This document shows, piece after piece, positions 16,908 through 24,000 of a stretch of DNA of 24,000 bases. The notes below the pieces were generated by a model, which was given only the letters and a program-made list of their open reading frames with translations, ran no database searches and was not told the origin of the DNA. The stretch comes from Phreatobacter aquaticus (GTDB lineage Bacteria > Pseudomonadota > Alphaproteobacteria > Rhizobiales > Phreatobacteraceae), in the NCBI RefSeq assembly GCF_005160265.1, contig NZ_CP039865.1, forward strand, positions 806,828-830,827, in the 5' to 3' direction. A program made the position numbers and the translations under genes. Position 1 is the first letter of the stretch; each line of letters starts with the position of its first letter.

Positions 16908-17936
16908 TTAACCCTTGTAGGCGAATTGCAGGATCAGCGTGCGCTGCAGGAACGAGAAATTGTTGTCGGAGATGATGGTCAGGATCGTCTCGCCGGCTTC
17001 GCTCCGGTGGATCGCGAGCCCCTCCATATTGTCGATCTGCTGGCTGAGATCCGCCGAGACGATGATCGGCCCGTCCACTGTGGCACCGGGCCTCACCGTC
17101 TGGATGTCGATCCGGCGGATGCGCATGCCAACCCCGCGCCACGGCGAGAACCAGCGCTCCAGGATGAGCATGTCGCCGGAGGGCAGGAAGGTCAGGTCGG
17201 TGATATCGAAGTCGTTGGTGCGCTTGACCGCCAGTTCGCGCTGCGGCTGGGCACCCATGAAGAAGCCGCGGATATCCCCGGAACCATTCAGCCCGCGCTC
17301 GGACAGCGCCAGCAGTGTACCGGCATGAGGTGATGGTCGCGGCAGCACGCCGAGGCCCTCGATGCCGCCATTGCCGGGCAGCCGCTTGTCGCCCATGGGC
17401 ACAGGGATCGGCGTGCCGCGGGCGGCCAGGCCGTCACGGCCGAACATGTCGAAGCGGAAGACGCGGTGGGTGCGCTCGACGCCCACCCAGGCCACGCCAT
17501 TCTCGATCCACAGGCTCTCGGTGTCCCAATTGCCGCTCTCGGCCAGGGGGCGGCCGTTGGGTCCCAGGATCGGGGCCATGCGCGCCTCGGAGAGGCCGGC
17601 AATGCGCGTCCCCTCCATGTCGATGCGGGCGGTGAGCCAGAAGCCCTTGTCGGAAATGGCGGTCAGCCGCTGTCCCGTCGGGTCGACGCGCAGCGACGAC
17701 AGCCCGCCGAAGTTGCGGTGATCGGATTGCAGCTCCAGTCCGCCCCGGAACTCGAGCAGACCGAAGGCCTTGCGGTCGGGCTCGCGCGGCGAAAAGGCAT
17801 TGATCGGAAACGACCGGATGACCAGTTCGGCAGGCGCCGGCACCGGGCTCGACCGGCCCTGGGCCGACGCCGCCTCAGGCAGCATCGGCAGGGTGAGCGC
17901 AGCGCCGATGCCCGCTAGCGCGCGCCTGCGGTCCAT
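16908..17936 (-). CDS. esterase-like activity of phytase family protein (beta-propeller-like) with twin-arginine signal
   Basis: From ATG 17936 the product reads [27 protein letters not shown] (RR motif, hydrophobic core, A-x-A), followed by FGGLSSL...DKGFW...TESL...GIEGL...NMEGLA repeats. The start overlaps the cobT stop (TGATG). The 510-aa track ORF is an out-of-frame run through the cobT 3' end. Confidence 0.75.
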   Translation of the reverse strand: MDRRRALAGIGAALTLPMLPEAASAQGRSSPVPAPAELVIRSFPINAFSPREPDRKAFGLLEFRGGLELQSDHRNFGGLSSLRVDPTGQRLTAISDKGFWLTARIDMEGTRIAGLSEARMAPILGPNGRPLAESGNWDTESLWIENGVAWVGVERTHRVFRFDMFGRDGLAARGTPIPVPMGDKRLPGNGGIEGLGVLPRPSPHAGTLLALSERGLNGSGDIRGFFMGAQPQRELAVKRTNDFDITDLTFLPSGDMLILERWFSPWRGVGMRIRRIDIQTVRPGATVDGPIIVSADLSQQIDNMEGLAIHRSEAGETILTIISDNNFSFLQRTLILQFAYKG

Positions 17937-19837
17937 CAGGCGACCTTGCGGCGTGTCGGCCTCGCAGGGGCGGCGCCGCCCACCGCATCTTCCTCGAACA
18001 GTTCGGCAAGCTTCTCGGTCATCGCGCCGCCGAGTTCCTCGGCATCCACGATGGTGACCGCGCGCTTGTAATAGCGCGTCACGTCGTGGCCGATGCCGAT
18101 GGCGATGAGCTCCACCGGCGAGCGGGTCTCGATGTCCTCGATGATCCAGCGCAGGTGCCGCTCGAGATAATTGCCGGGGTTCACCGACAAGGTGGAATCG
18201 TCGACCGGCGCGCCATCCGAGATCATCATCAGGATCTTGCGCTGCTCGGAGCGGGCGAGCAGGCGCTTGTGCGCCCAGTCCAGCGCCTCGCCGTCGATGT
18301 TCTCCTTGAGCAGCCCCTCGCGCATCATCAAGCCGAGATTCTTGCGCGCGCGCCGCCAGGGCGCATCGCCCGACTTGTAGATGATGTGCCTGAGATCGTT
18401 GAGGCGGCCGGGATTGGCCGGCTTGCCGTTCTGCAGCCAATGCTCGCGCGACTGCCCACCCTTCCAGGCGCGCGTCGTGAAGCCGAGGATCTCCACCTTC
18501 ACGCCGCAGCGCTCCAGCGTCCGGGCGAGAATGTCGGCGCAGGTCGCGGCGACCGTGATCGGACGCCCGCGCATGGAGCCGGAATTGTCGAGCAGCAGCG
18601 TCACCACCGTGTCGCGGAAATTGGTGTCGCTCTCCTGCTTGAAGGAGAGTGCCGCCATCGGGTCCATGATGACGCGGGTGAGGCGCGCCGGATCCAGCAC
18701 ACCCTCCTCCAGGTCGAAGTCCCAGGAGCGGTTCTGCTGCGCCATCAGGCGGCGCTGCAGGCGGTTGGCAAGCCTGGCCACCACCGGCCCCAGATGGGCG
18801 AGCTGCTTGTCGAGATAGGCCCTGAGACGGTCCAGCTCTTCGGCATCGCAGAGATCGGGCGCGTCGATTTCCTCGTCGAACTTGACCGTGAAAGGCTTGT
18901 AGTCCGGGCTCTTGCGCTCATTGCCCTGGCTCTTCGGCCGCCACGGCTCGGAGGCATCGTCGGAATCGCCGAGATCGTTCTCGTCGGGCAGGTCGGCGGT
19001 CTCGGCCTCGGAGGCTTCCTGGGCGCCGTCCGGCGCCTCGTCGGCCATCTCCTCGGCATCCTCCATCTGCATGCCTTCGGAGGATTCCTGCTCCTGGCTG
19101 TCCGGGCTCTCGCCGGATTCCGGCGATTCCTGCTCCTGGCTGTCGCTCTCGTCGTCGTTGCTGTCGTCGTCGGAACGGCCCTGCTCGTCGCCCATGTCGA
19201 GCGAGTTCAGGAGATCGCGCACTGCCTTGCCGAAGGCACGCTGGTTGCCCTCGAGGCCCACCAGCTTCTCCAGATTGGTCCCTGCCTTGGCCTCGATCGT
19301 CTCCTTCCAGAGATCGACGATCTTGGCCGCCTGCGGGGGCGGCTTCTGGCCGGTCAGCCTCTCGCGGACCATCAGCGCGATGGCATCTTCCAGCGGCGCA
19401 TCGGCCTTGTCGGTGATGTCCTCATACTTGCCGAGCCGGTGGTAATGGTCCTCCAGCCGGGCCGTCAGGTTCTGCGCGACACCGGCCATGCGGTTGGAGC
19501 CGACCGCCTCGATGCGGGCATTCTCGATCGCCTCGAACACGGTGCGGGCCTGCTGGCCCTCGGGCAGGACGGCGCGATGGACGCGCGGATTGTGCACGGC
19601 GAGCCGCAGCGACATGGCATCGCCATGGCCGCGGATGATCGCCACATCCTGCGGCGACATCTTGCGCGGCGGCTCGGGCAGGCGCGCCTTGTCGCCGGCG
19701 AGGCCAGGCTTGTCGGCGGCGAAGGTGATTTCCATGTCGCGGCGCGCGATCGCCCGCATGCAGGAGGCGACCGACCGCTTGAACGGCTCGGTCGGGCTCT
19801 CCTTGGTGTTCGGCTTGGCCTTGGAATTGGAACTCAC
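17936..19837 (-). CDS. cobT: cobaltochelatase subunit CobT (vWA-domain protein with acidic linker)
   Basis: 633 aa. The N-terminal block [13 protein letters not shown]...[10 protein letters not shown]...ARLPEPP...[16 protein letters not shown] is typical of CobT. It has a long Asp/Glu/Ser-rich linker and a C-terminal vWA domain ([14 protein letters not shown]). The GTG start at 19837 directly abuts the upstream TAG. Confidence 0.9.
   Translation of the reverse strand: MSSNSKAKPNTKESPTEPFKRSVASCMRAIARRDMEITFAADKPGLAGDKARLPEPPRKMSPQDVAIIRGHGDAMSLRLAVHNPRVHRAVLPEGQQARTVFEAIENARIEAVGSNRMAGVAQNLTARLEDHYHRLGKYEDITDKADAPLEDAIALMVRERLTGQKPPPQAAKIVDLWKETIEAKAGTNLEKLVGLEGNQRAFGKAVRDLLNSLDMGDEQGRSDDDSNDDESDSQEQESPESGESPDSQEQESSEGMQMEDAEEMADEAPDGAQEASEAETADLPDENDLGDSDDASEPWRPKSQGNERKSPDYKPFTVKFDEEIDAPDLCDAEELDRLRAYLDKQLAHLGPVVARLANRLQRRLMAQQNRSWDFDLEEGVLDPARLTRVIMDPMAALSFKQESDTNFRDTVVTLLLDNSGSMRGRPITVAATCADILARTLERCGVKVEILGFTTRAWKGGQSREHWLQNGKPANPGRLNDLRHIIYKSGDAPWRRARKNLGLMMREGLLKENIDGEALDWAHKRLLARSEQRKILMMISDGAPVDDSTLSVNPGNYLERHLRWIIEDIETRSPVELIAIGIGHDVTRYYKRAVTIVDAEELGGAMTEKLAELFEEDAVGGAAPARPTRRKVA
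19083..19144. repeat. in-frame 20-nt direct repeat inside the cobT acidic linker
   Basis: GATTCCTGCTCCTGGCTGTC occurs at 19083-19102 and again at 19125-19144. The 42-nt spacing equals 14 codons. It encodes the duplicated DSQEQES(P/S)E peptide. Confidence 0.8.
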
Positions 19838-20248
19838 CTAAAGATCCTTCTTCAACCACAGACGGCGGTGGCCGGGCGGAAAGTCGTCCAGCACGCCGAA
19901 AACCGAGTAGCCGAGCTTCTGGTAGAAGCCGTCGCCCTGGAACGAGAACGTGTCGACATAGATCTGCCGGGCGCCACGCTTGGCGGCGATTGCCTCGGCA
20001 CGCGCCATCAGCTCCGTGCCGAGCCCGGTGCCGCGAGCCGCCTCATCCAGCCAGAGCAGCTCGATGAAGCACCAGTTCCACATCGTGTAGGCGACGATGC
20101 CGCCCTTGATCGCCTTGTCGTCGTCGCGCAGCGACACCGCGAAACGCTTCCAGGCGGACTTGCCGGCCTTCGAATTGTTGTAGGCGTTGAGCCCGGCAAC
20201 AACCGCGCGCGCCGTGGGGCCAACCGCTTTTTCGTCGGTGACCCGCAC
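19838..20248 (-). CDS. GNAT family N-acetyltransferase
   Basis: 136 aa. The acetyl-CoA binding motif is LWLDEAARGTGLGTELM (R-x-x-G-x-G), followed by FYQKLGY. The GTG start at 20248 has a GAGGAG SD 7 nt upstream. Confidence 0.85.
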   Translation of the reverse strand: MRVTDEKAVGPTARAVVAGLNAYNNSKAGKSAWKRFAVSLRDDDKAIKGGIVAYTMWNWCFIELLWLDEAARGTGLGTELMARAEAIAAKRGARQIYVDTFSFQGDGFYQKLGYSVFGVLDDFPPGHRRLWLKKDL

Positions 20249-20261
20249 GGCTTGCTCCTCG

Positions 20262-21251
20262 TCAGCTCAGCGCCACGTTGACCGCGCTTTCCGGCAATTC
20301 CTGGCCGAAGCAGCGCTGGTAGAACTCGGCGACCAGCGAGCGTTCCATCTCGTCGCACTTGTTCAGGAAGGTCAGCCGGAACGCGAAGCCGATATCCTTG
20401 AAGATGTCGGCATTCTCGGCCCAGGTCAGCACGGTACGCGGCGACATGACAGTGGAGAGATCGCCGTTCATGAAGGCGTTGCGGGTGAGATCGGCCACGC
20501 GGACCATCTTGTTCACCTGGTCGCGGCCCTCGGCCGTCTTCGCGAAGGCCTTGGCCTTGGCGAGGATGATGCCGACTTCCTGGTCATGGGGCAGATAGTT
20601 CAGCGTGGTGACGATGGACCAGCGGTCCATCTGCGCCTGGTTGATCTGCTGCGTGCCATGATAGAGGCCGGTCGTGTCGCCGAGGCCCACCGTGTTGGCG
20701 GTGGCGAACAGGCGGAAGGCCGGATGCGGGCGGATCACGCGGCTCTGGTCGAGCAGGGTCAGGCGGCCCGAGCTTTCCAGAACGCGCTGGATGACGAACA
20801 TCACGTCCGGGCGTCCGGCATCATATTCGTCGAACACCAGCGCGACATTGTGCTGGTAGGACCAGGGCAGGATGCCGTCGCGGAACTCGGTGATCTGCTT
20901 GCCGTCCTTCAGCACGATCGCGTCCTTGCCGACGAGATCGATGCGGGAGACGTGGCTGTCGAGGTTGATGCGGATGCACGGCCAGTTGAGGCGGGCCGCC
21001 ACCTGCTCGATATGGGTCGACTTGCCGGTGCCGTGATAGCCCGACACCATCACGCGACGGTTGTGGGCGAAACCGGCCAGGATCGCCAGCGTCGTCGGCT
21101 TGTCGAACAGATAGTCGGTGTCGAGGTCCGGGACATGTTCGGCAGGCGCCGAATAGGCGGGCACCGTCATGTCCGAATCGATGCCGAACACCTTGCGCAC
21201 GGAAACCGTCGTATCTGGAACGCCGGTTCCCTTCTCAGGCTGCACTGTCAC
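20262..21251 (-). CDS. cobS: cobaltochelatase subunit CobS (MoxR-type AAA+ ATPase)
   Basis: [22 protein letters not shown]..., Walker [42 protein letters not shown] and Walker [14 protein letters not shown] are present. I prefer GTG 21251 (GGAGG + 5 nt), which gives about 329 aa. ATG 21290 is the longest option but has no SD. Confidence 0.9.
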   Translation of the reverse strand: MTVQPEKGTGVPDTTVSVRKVFGIDSDMTVPAYSAPAEHVPDLDTDYLFDKPTTLAILAGFAHNRRVMVSGYHGTGKSTHIEQVAARLNWPCIRINLDSHVSRIDLVGKDAIVLKDGKQITEFRDGILPWSYQHNVALVFDEYDAGRPDVMFVIQRVLESSGRLTLLDQSRVIRPHPAFRLFATANTVGLGDTTGLYHGTQQINQAQMDRWSIVTTLNYLPHDQEVGIILAKAKAFAKTAEGRDQVNKMVRVADLTRNAFMNGDLSTVMSPRTVLTWAENADIFKDIGFAFRLTFLNKCDEMERSLVAEFYQRCFGQELPESAVNVALS

Positions 21252-21391
21252 GAAAACCTCCGATGCCGCAGGATCGCGGCGAAGTGCCATGGGATGATAG
21301 ACGGCGACCTTAACAGATCGCCGGGCGCGCCCGGAAGGGCATCACCTGCGGGAATGCCATTCACATTCATCATGTGTCCGATCAGCGAGGC

Positions 21392-22024
21392 TCAGCAAAA
21401 TCCGGCCTGCTTCAGATAATTATAGGCCTGGATAACCTCGCGCAGCTTGTCCTCGCGCGACCGGTCGCCACCATTGGCATCGGGGTGATGCCGCTTGGCC
21501 AGTTCCTTGAAGCGCGCCTTGATCTCGTCTGCCGAGGCGTGAATGTCGAGATCGAGGGTCGTCAGCGCTTTGCGCTCGGCATTGCGGATCATCCGCCCTT
21601 CGGGTTCGGCGGGACGATCGGCGCCCGCACGGAAGCCTGCCTCGCCGAACATGCCGAACGGATCGGCGGCAGTCGTCGGGTCGATATGGGCGTGGACGTC
21701 CGGCCGCCGGCCCTTCTTGTGCCAGGCATTGACGCCCATGCTCCAAGTCGGGCGATGGCCGGTCAGCGCATCCTTCTGATAGGCCTGCACCGCGGCATCG
21801 TTCATGCCGTTGAAGTAATTGTAGGTAGCGTTGTATTCCTTGACGTGGTCGAGGCAGAACCACAGGAACTGACCTTCGCGGTCGCGGCCCATCGGCGCCT
21901 TGTGGGTAGCCTCGCACTCGCACCCCTTGAACTGACACATCCGCGCGCCCGGACGCGCCTTGGCACGGCGGTCCTGTTCGGGCTTGACGCGGATGCTGTC
22001 GAAATAGGGGGACGCGGTCTTCAT
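21392..22024 (-). CDS. J domain-containing protein with C-terminal J domain and N-terminal Cys/His cluster
   Basis: 210 aa from ATG 22024. The C-terminal ADEIKARFKELAKRHHPDANGGDRSREDKLREVIQAYNYLK carries the HPD tripeptide. The N-terminal region contains CQFKGCECEATH ... FCLDH. Confidence 0.8.
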   Translation of the reverse strand: MKTASPYFDSIRVKPEQDRRAKARPGARMCQFKGCECEATHKAPMGRDREGQFLWFCLDHVKEYNATYNYFNGMNDAAVQAYQKDALTGHRPTWSMGVNAWHKKGRRPDVHAHIDPTTAADPFGMFGEAGFRAGADRPAEPEGRMIRNAERKALTTLDLDIHASADEIKARFKELAKRHHPDANGGDRSREDKLREVIQAYNYLKQAGFC

Positions 22025-22237
22025 GGGGCCTTCGCGAAGCAGGGCAACAAGTATGGAGACGGGGCTGCACGGCGGCAAGCCGAACGATGCAGCGCAGCAA
22101 ATCAGCCGCACCCGGACACGCCTGCGCGGTTGCACGAATGGCTCAGCTGCGGACCATCGGCCCGGTACGGTTTCAAGGATCGAGCCCCTATCTGGCCTCG
22201 GACGGTGCCGACGGCAAGGCCGAATGTTCGTGGCCGG

Positions 22238-22909
22238 CTATTCGAGACCGAACCGCAGTGCGGCAGCGGCAGCGATCGGCCCGAGCACGATACTCATCAA
22301 CGACAGCGCAACGAGGACCGTGAACGGCATGCCGAATGGCAGGGGCCCGACGATCGCGGCCGTGGTCGCGGCGACGCCGAAGATCAGAACAGGGATGGTC
22401 AGTGGCAGGATCAGGATCGCCATCAGGAGGCCGCCGCGCCTGAGCCCCACGGACAGGGCGGCGCCGATCGTACCGAGACAGGTGAGCGCCGGCATTCCCG
22501 CGGCGAGAGTGAGAACCACCGCCCCCATCGCCTCCGGCGGCACATTGAGAAACAGTCCGAGCACAGGGGCCGCGATCACCAGCGGCAGGCCGGTCGCCAG
22601 CCAATGGGCCAGCGCCTTGACAGCGACGACCAGCGGCAGCGGCGTGCCTGACATCATGAGGAGATCGAGCGAACCATCATCGGCATCGGCCTGGAACAGC
22701 CGGTCGAGGCCGAGCAGGGTCGCCAGCAGCGCCCCGATCCACAGGATGGCAGGGCCGATGCGGGCCAGGAGGTTCATGTCCGGCCCGACGCCGAACGGGA
22801 TGATGGTGACGACGGTCAGAAAGAAGATGACGCCGATCATGGCGCCGCCGCCGACGCGCAGCGCGAGCGTCAGGTCGCGAAGGAACAGCGCTTTCAGCGG
22901 CCCGGTCAT
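22238..22909 (-). CDS. ccmB: heme exporter protein CcmB
   Basis: About 223 aa, polytopic. LFLRDLTLALRVGGG..., DRLFQADADDGSLDLL and LAHWLATGLPL are typical of CcmB. ATG 22909 overlaps the ccmA stop (ATGA). Confidence 0.9.
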   Translation of the reverse strand: MTGPLKALFLRDLTLALRVGGGAMIGVIFFLTVVTIIPFGVGPDMNLLARIGPAILWIGALLATLLGLDRLFQADADDGSLDLLMMSGTPLPLVVAVKALAHWLATGLPLVIAAPVLGLFLNVPPEAMGAVVLTLAAGMPALTCLGTIGAALSVGLRRGGLLMAILILPLTIPVLIFGVAATTAAIVGPLPFGMPFTVLVALSLMSIVLGPIAAAAALRFGLE

Positions 22910-23508
22910 GACGCGCGCCCGAGCGCCAGCCGGCGCGCCGGGATGCCCAGCGGTCCATGGGTCGCGGCCAGCACCATCCCGCCCGCGGCAATGTGATCGC
23001 TCATCAAGGCGCCAAGCACCGTCTGGCTCGCCTGGTCGAGCGCCGCCATCGGCTCGTCCAGCAGCCAGAGCGGCCGCCTGACCGTGAGCAGACGCGACAG
23101 CGCGAGGCGCCGGCGCTGCCCAGCCGACAGATAGCCGGCCGGCAGATCGGCGAGGTGATCGAGGCCGAGGCGCGCTAGCGCTGCTTCGCGACCGATGCCG
23201 CCCCCGCCAAGAAAATCGCTCCAGAAGGCAATATTCTCGGCAACCGTCAGCGCCGGCTTGAACGCGTCCTGATGGCCGCAATAATGCGCCTGCTCGGCAA
23301 TGGTGGCTTCGTCGTCTCCGCCCTCGAGCCGCAGCAGCCCCGCTTCAATGCGCACCAGACCTGCGATCAGCCGGATGAGGCTCGACTTGCCGACCCCGTT
23401 CGGACCGACGAGTTCAACCGCCTCGCCGGCCTCGATCGCGAAGCCAAGCCCCTCGAACACCATGCGGCCGCCGCGCAGGCAGGCAAGCCCTTCCGCCACG
23501 AGCCGCAT
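22906..23508 (-). CDS. ccmA: heme ABC exporter ATP-binding protein CcmA
   Basis: Walker A GPNGVGKSS, signature LSAGQRRRLALSRL and Walker B LWLLDEPMAALD are present. About 200 aa from ATG 23508, which has GGAG 8 nt upstream. The GTG at 23538 given in the ORF track lacks an SD. Confidence 0.88.
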   Translation of the reverse strand: MRLVAEGLACLRGGRMVFEGLGFAIEAGEAVELVGPNGVGKSSLIRLIAGLVRIEAGLLRLEGGDDEATIAEQAHYCGHQDAFKPALTVAENIAFWSDFLGGGGIGREAALARLGLDHLADLPAGYLSAGQRRRLALSRLLTVRRPLWLLDEPMAALDQASQTVLGALMSDHIAAGGMVLAATHGPLGIPARRLALGRAS

Positions 23509-23523
23509 CAGCCGTGCTCCGGA

Positions 23524-23541
23524 GTCGTGCCGCGGCACGAC
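23524..23541. promoter_or_regulatory. perfect 18-bp palindrome in the ccmA leader
   Basis: GTCGTGCCGCGGCACGAC is its own reverse complement. It lies 16 nt upstream of the preferred ccmA start, next to the SD. Confidence 0.3.
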
Positions 23542-23702
23542 GAAAGGGTGAGAAAAGAGACCACGGCAATGCTTCTAACCATATGGCGGGTTGATTGGAA
23601 TCCCTCTATAACCCGCGCGATCGGTCGACGCCCCGCCAAGCAGATTTGATGGGAGCCCAACGGGTGCGATGTCGACCTTCGGATTGAGGGGAACATCGTC
23701 CT

Positions 23703-24000
23703 ATGTCGCTCGACAGCTTCAAAGCCCGCAAGACGCTCAAGGTCGGAGCCAAGGCCTACGTCTATTACAGCCTCAAGGAGGCCGAGAAGAACGGGCTTGC
23801 CGGCATTTCCGCGCTCCCCTTCTCGATGAAGGTGCTGCTGGAAAACCTGCTGCGCGCCGAGGACGGCCGGACTGTCACCAAGGCCGACATCGAGGGCGTC
23901 GCCGCCTGGCTGAAGGACAAGGGCAAGGCCGGCAAGGAAATCGCATTCCGCCCGGCCCGCGTGCTGATGCAGGATTTCACCGGCGTTCCCGCCGTGGTCG
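23703..24000 (+). CDS. acnA: aconitate hydratase AcnA, N-terminal fragment (runs off the right edge)
   Basis: ATG 23703 opens MSLDSFKARKTLKVGAKAYVYYSLKEAEKNGLAGISALPFSMKVLLENLLRAEDGRTVTKADIEGVAAWL...FRPARVLMQDFTGVPAVV, the canonical AcnA/IRP-type N-terminus. It is open-ended and therefore missing from the ORF track. Confidence 0.93.
   Translation, partial: MSLDSFKARKTLKVGAKAYVYYSLKEAEKNGLAGISALPFSMKVLLENLLRAEDGRTVTKADIEGVAAWLKDKGKAGKEIAFRPARVLMQDFTGVPAVV

Noticed and set aside
17937-18440. Upstream 168-aa extension of the phytase-like ORF (track start 18440)
   Set aside because: It runs out of frame through the 3' end of cobT and is Arg/Gly/His-rich. The internal ATG at 17936 gives a textbook twin-arginine signal and overlaps the cobT stop.
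18086-20281. 731-aa + strand ORF
   Set aside because: It is antisense to cobT and the GNAT gene. It has low-complexity R/G/A/L/H composition and no motifs, so I treat it as a shadow ORF.
21252-21391. Possible cobalamin riboswitch in the leader of cobS
   Set aside because: I could not see a B12-box-like core (GCCACTG or its complement) or the multi-stem architecture. At ~140 nt the spacer is also short for that riboswitch.
20187-23081. Three overlapping long + strand ORFs (20187-21419, 21374-22651, 22023-23081)
   Set aside because: All three are antisense to cobS, the J-domain gene and ccmB/ccmA. Their translations are Arg/Pro/Gly-rich and low-complexity, with no start-site signals.
23573-23578. 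TTCTAA in the ccmA-acnA intergenic region, considered as an Irr (ICE) iron-control element
   Set aside because: Only one half-site is present. No matching TTTAGAA partner occurs at the required spacing.
1-24000. Window-wide scan for CRISPR arrays, IS elements, integrases, tRNA or rRNA genes, prophage or defence-island signatures
   Set aside because: I saw no spaced direct-repeat arrays, no transposase, recombinase or phage-like ORFs, no cloverleaf-sized conserved RNA candidates in the short intergenic regions, and no extended low-GC island. Gene content is housekeeping throughout.

Overview
Visibly GC-rich DNA (about two-thirds G+C by eye). Gene content and synteny look like the core chromosome of an alphaproteobacterium, probably Hyphomicrobiales/Rhizobiales. 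I call about 26 protein genes, packed with short or overlapping junctions. Left to right: an aldo/keto reductase fragment; a TesA-like SGNH hydrolase divergent from a YbbA/YbbP-like ABC pair; a BI-1/YccA membrane protein; a YihY/BrkB protein; argJ; mutT followed 13 nt later by a lone Flp-type pilin gene; the PHB genes phaB-phaA divergent from phaR; a PAS / degenerate-GGDEF / EAL protein; a small unknown ORF; a signal-less GGT-family protein divergent from a GlcG/HbpS (DUF336) protein; rpmF; a six-gene same-strand string (J-domain protein, cobS, GNAT, cobT, Tat-signal phytase-like protein, MOSC protein); ccmB-ccmA; and the 5' end of acnA. I saw no rRNA or tRNA genes, CRISPR arrays, transposases, integrases, phage genes or obvious compositional islands. 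Many long ORFs in the supplied track are antisense or off-frame shadows typical of high-GC DNA. I do not see a clear-cut novel system and this reads as an ordinary housekeeping region. The best candidates for a second look are: (1) the tightly coupled J-domain/CobS/GNAT/CobT/phytase-like/MOSC string, with no cobN or B12 context in the window; (2) the orphan Flp pilin apparently co-transcribed with mutT; (3) the c-di-GMP phosphodiesterase-type protein with a dead GGDEF A-site but a retained RxxD, next to an uncharacterised 118-aa ORF. All starts are inferred from SD-like motifs and family-typical N-termini. Nothing here has been checked against a database.
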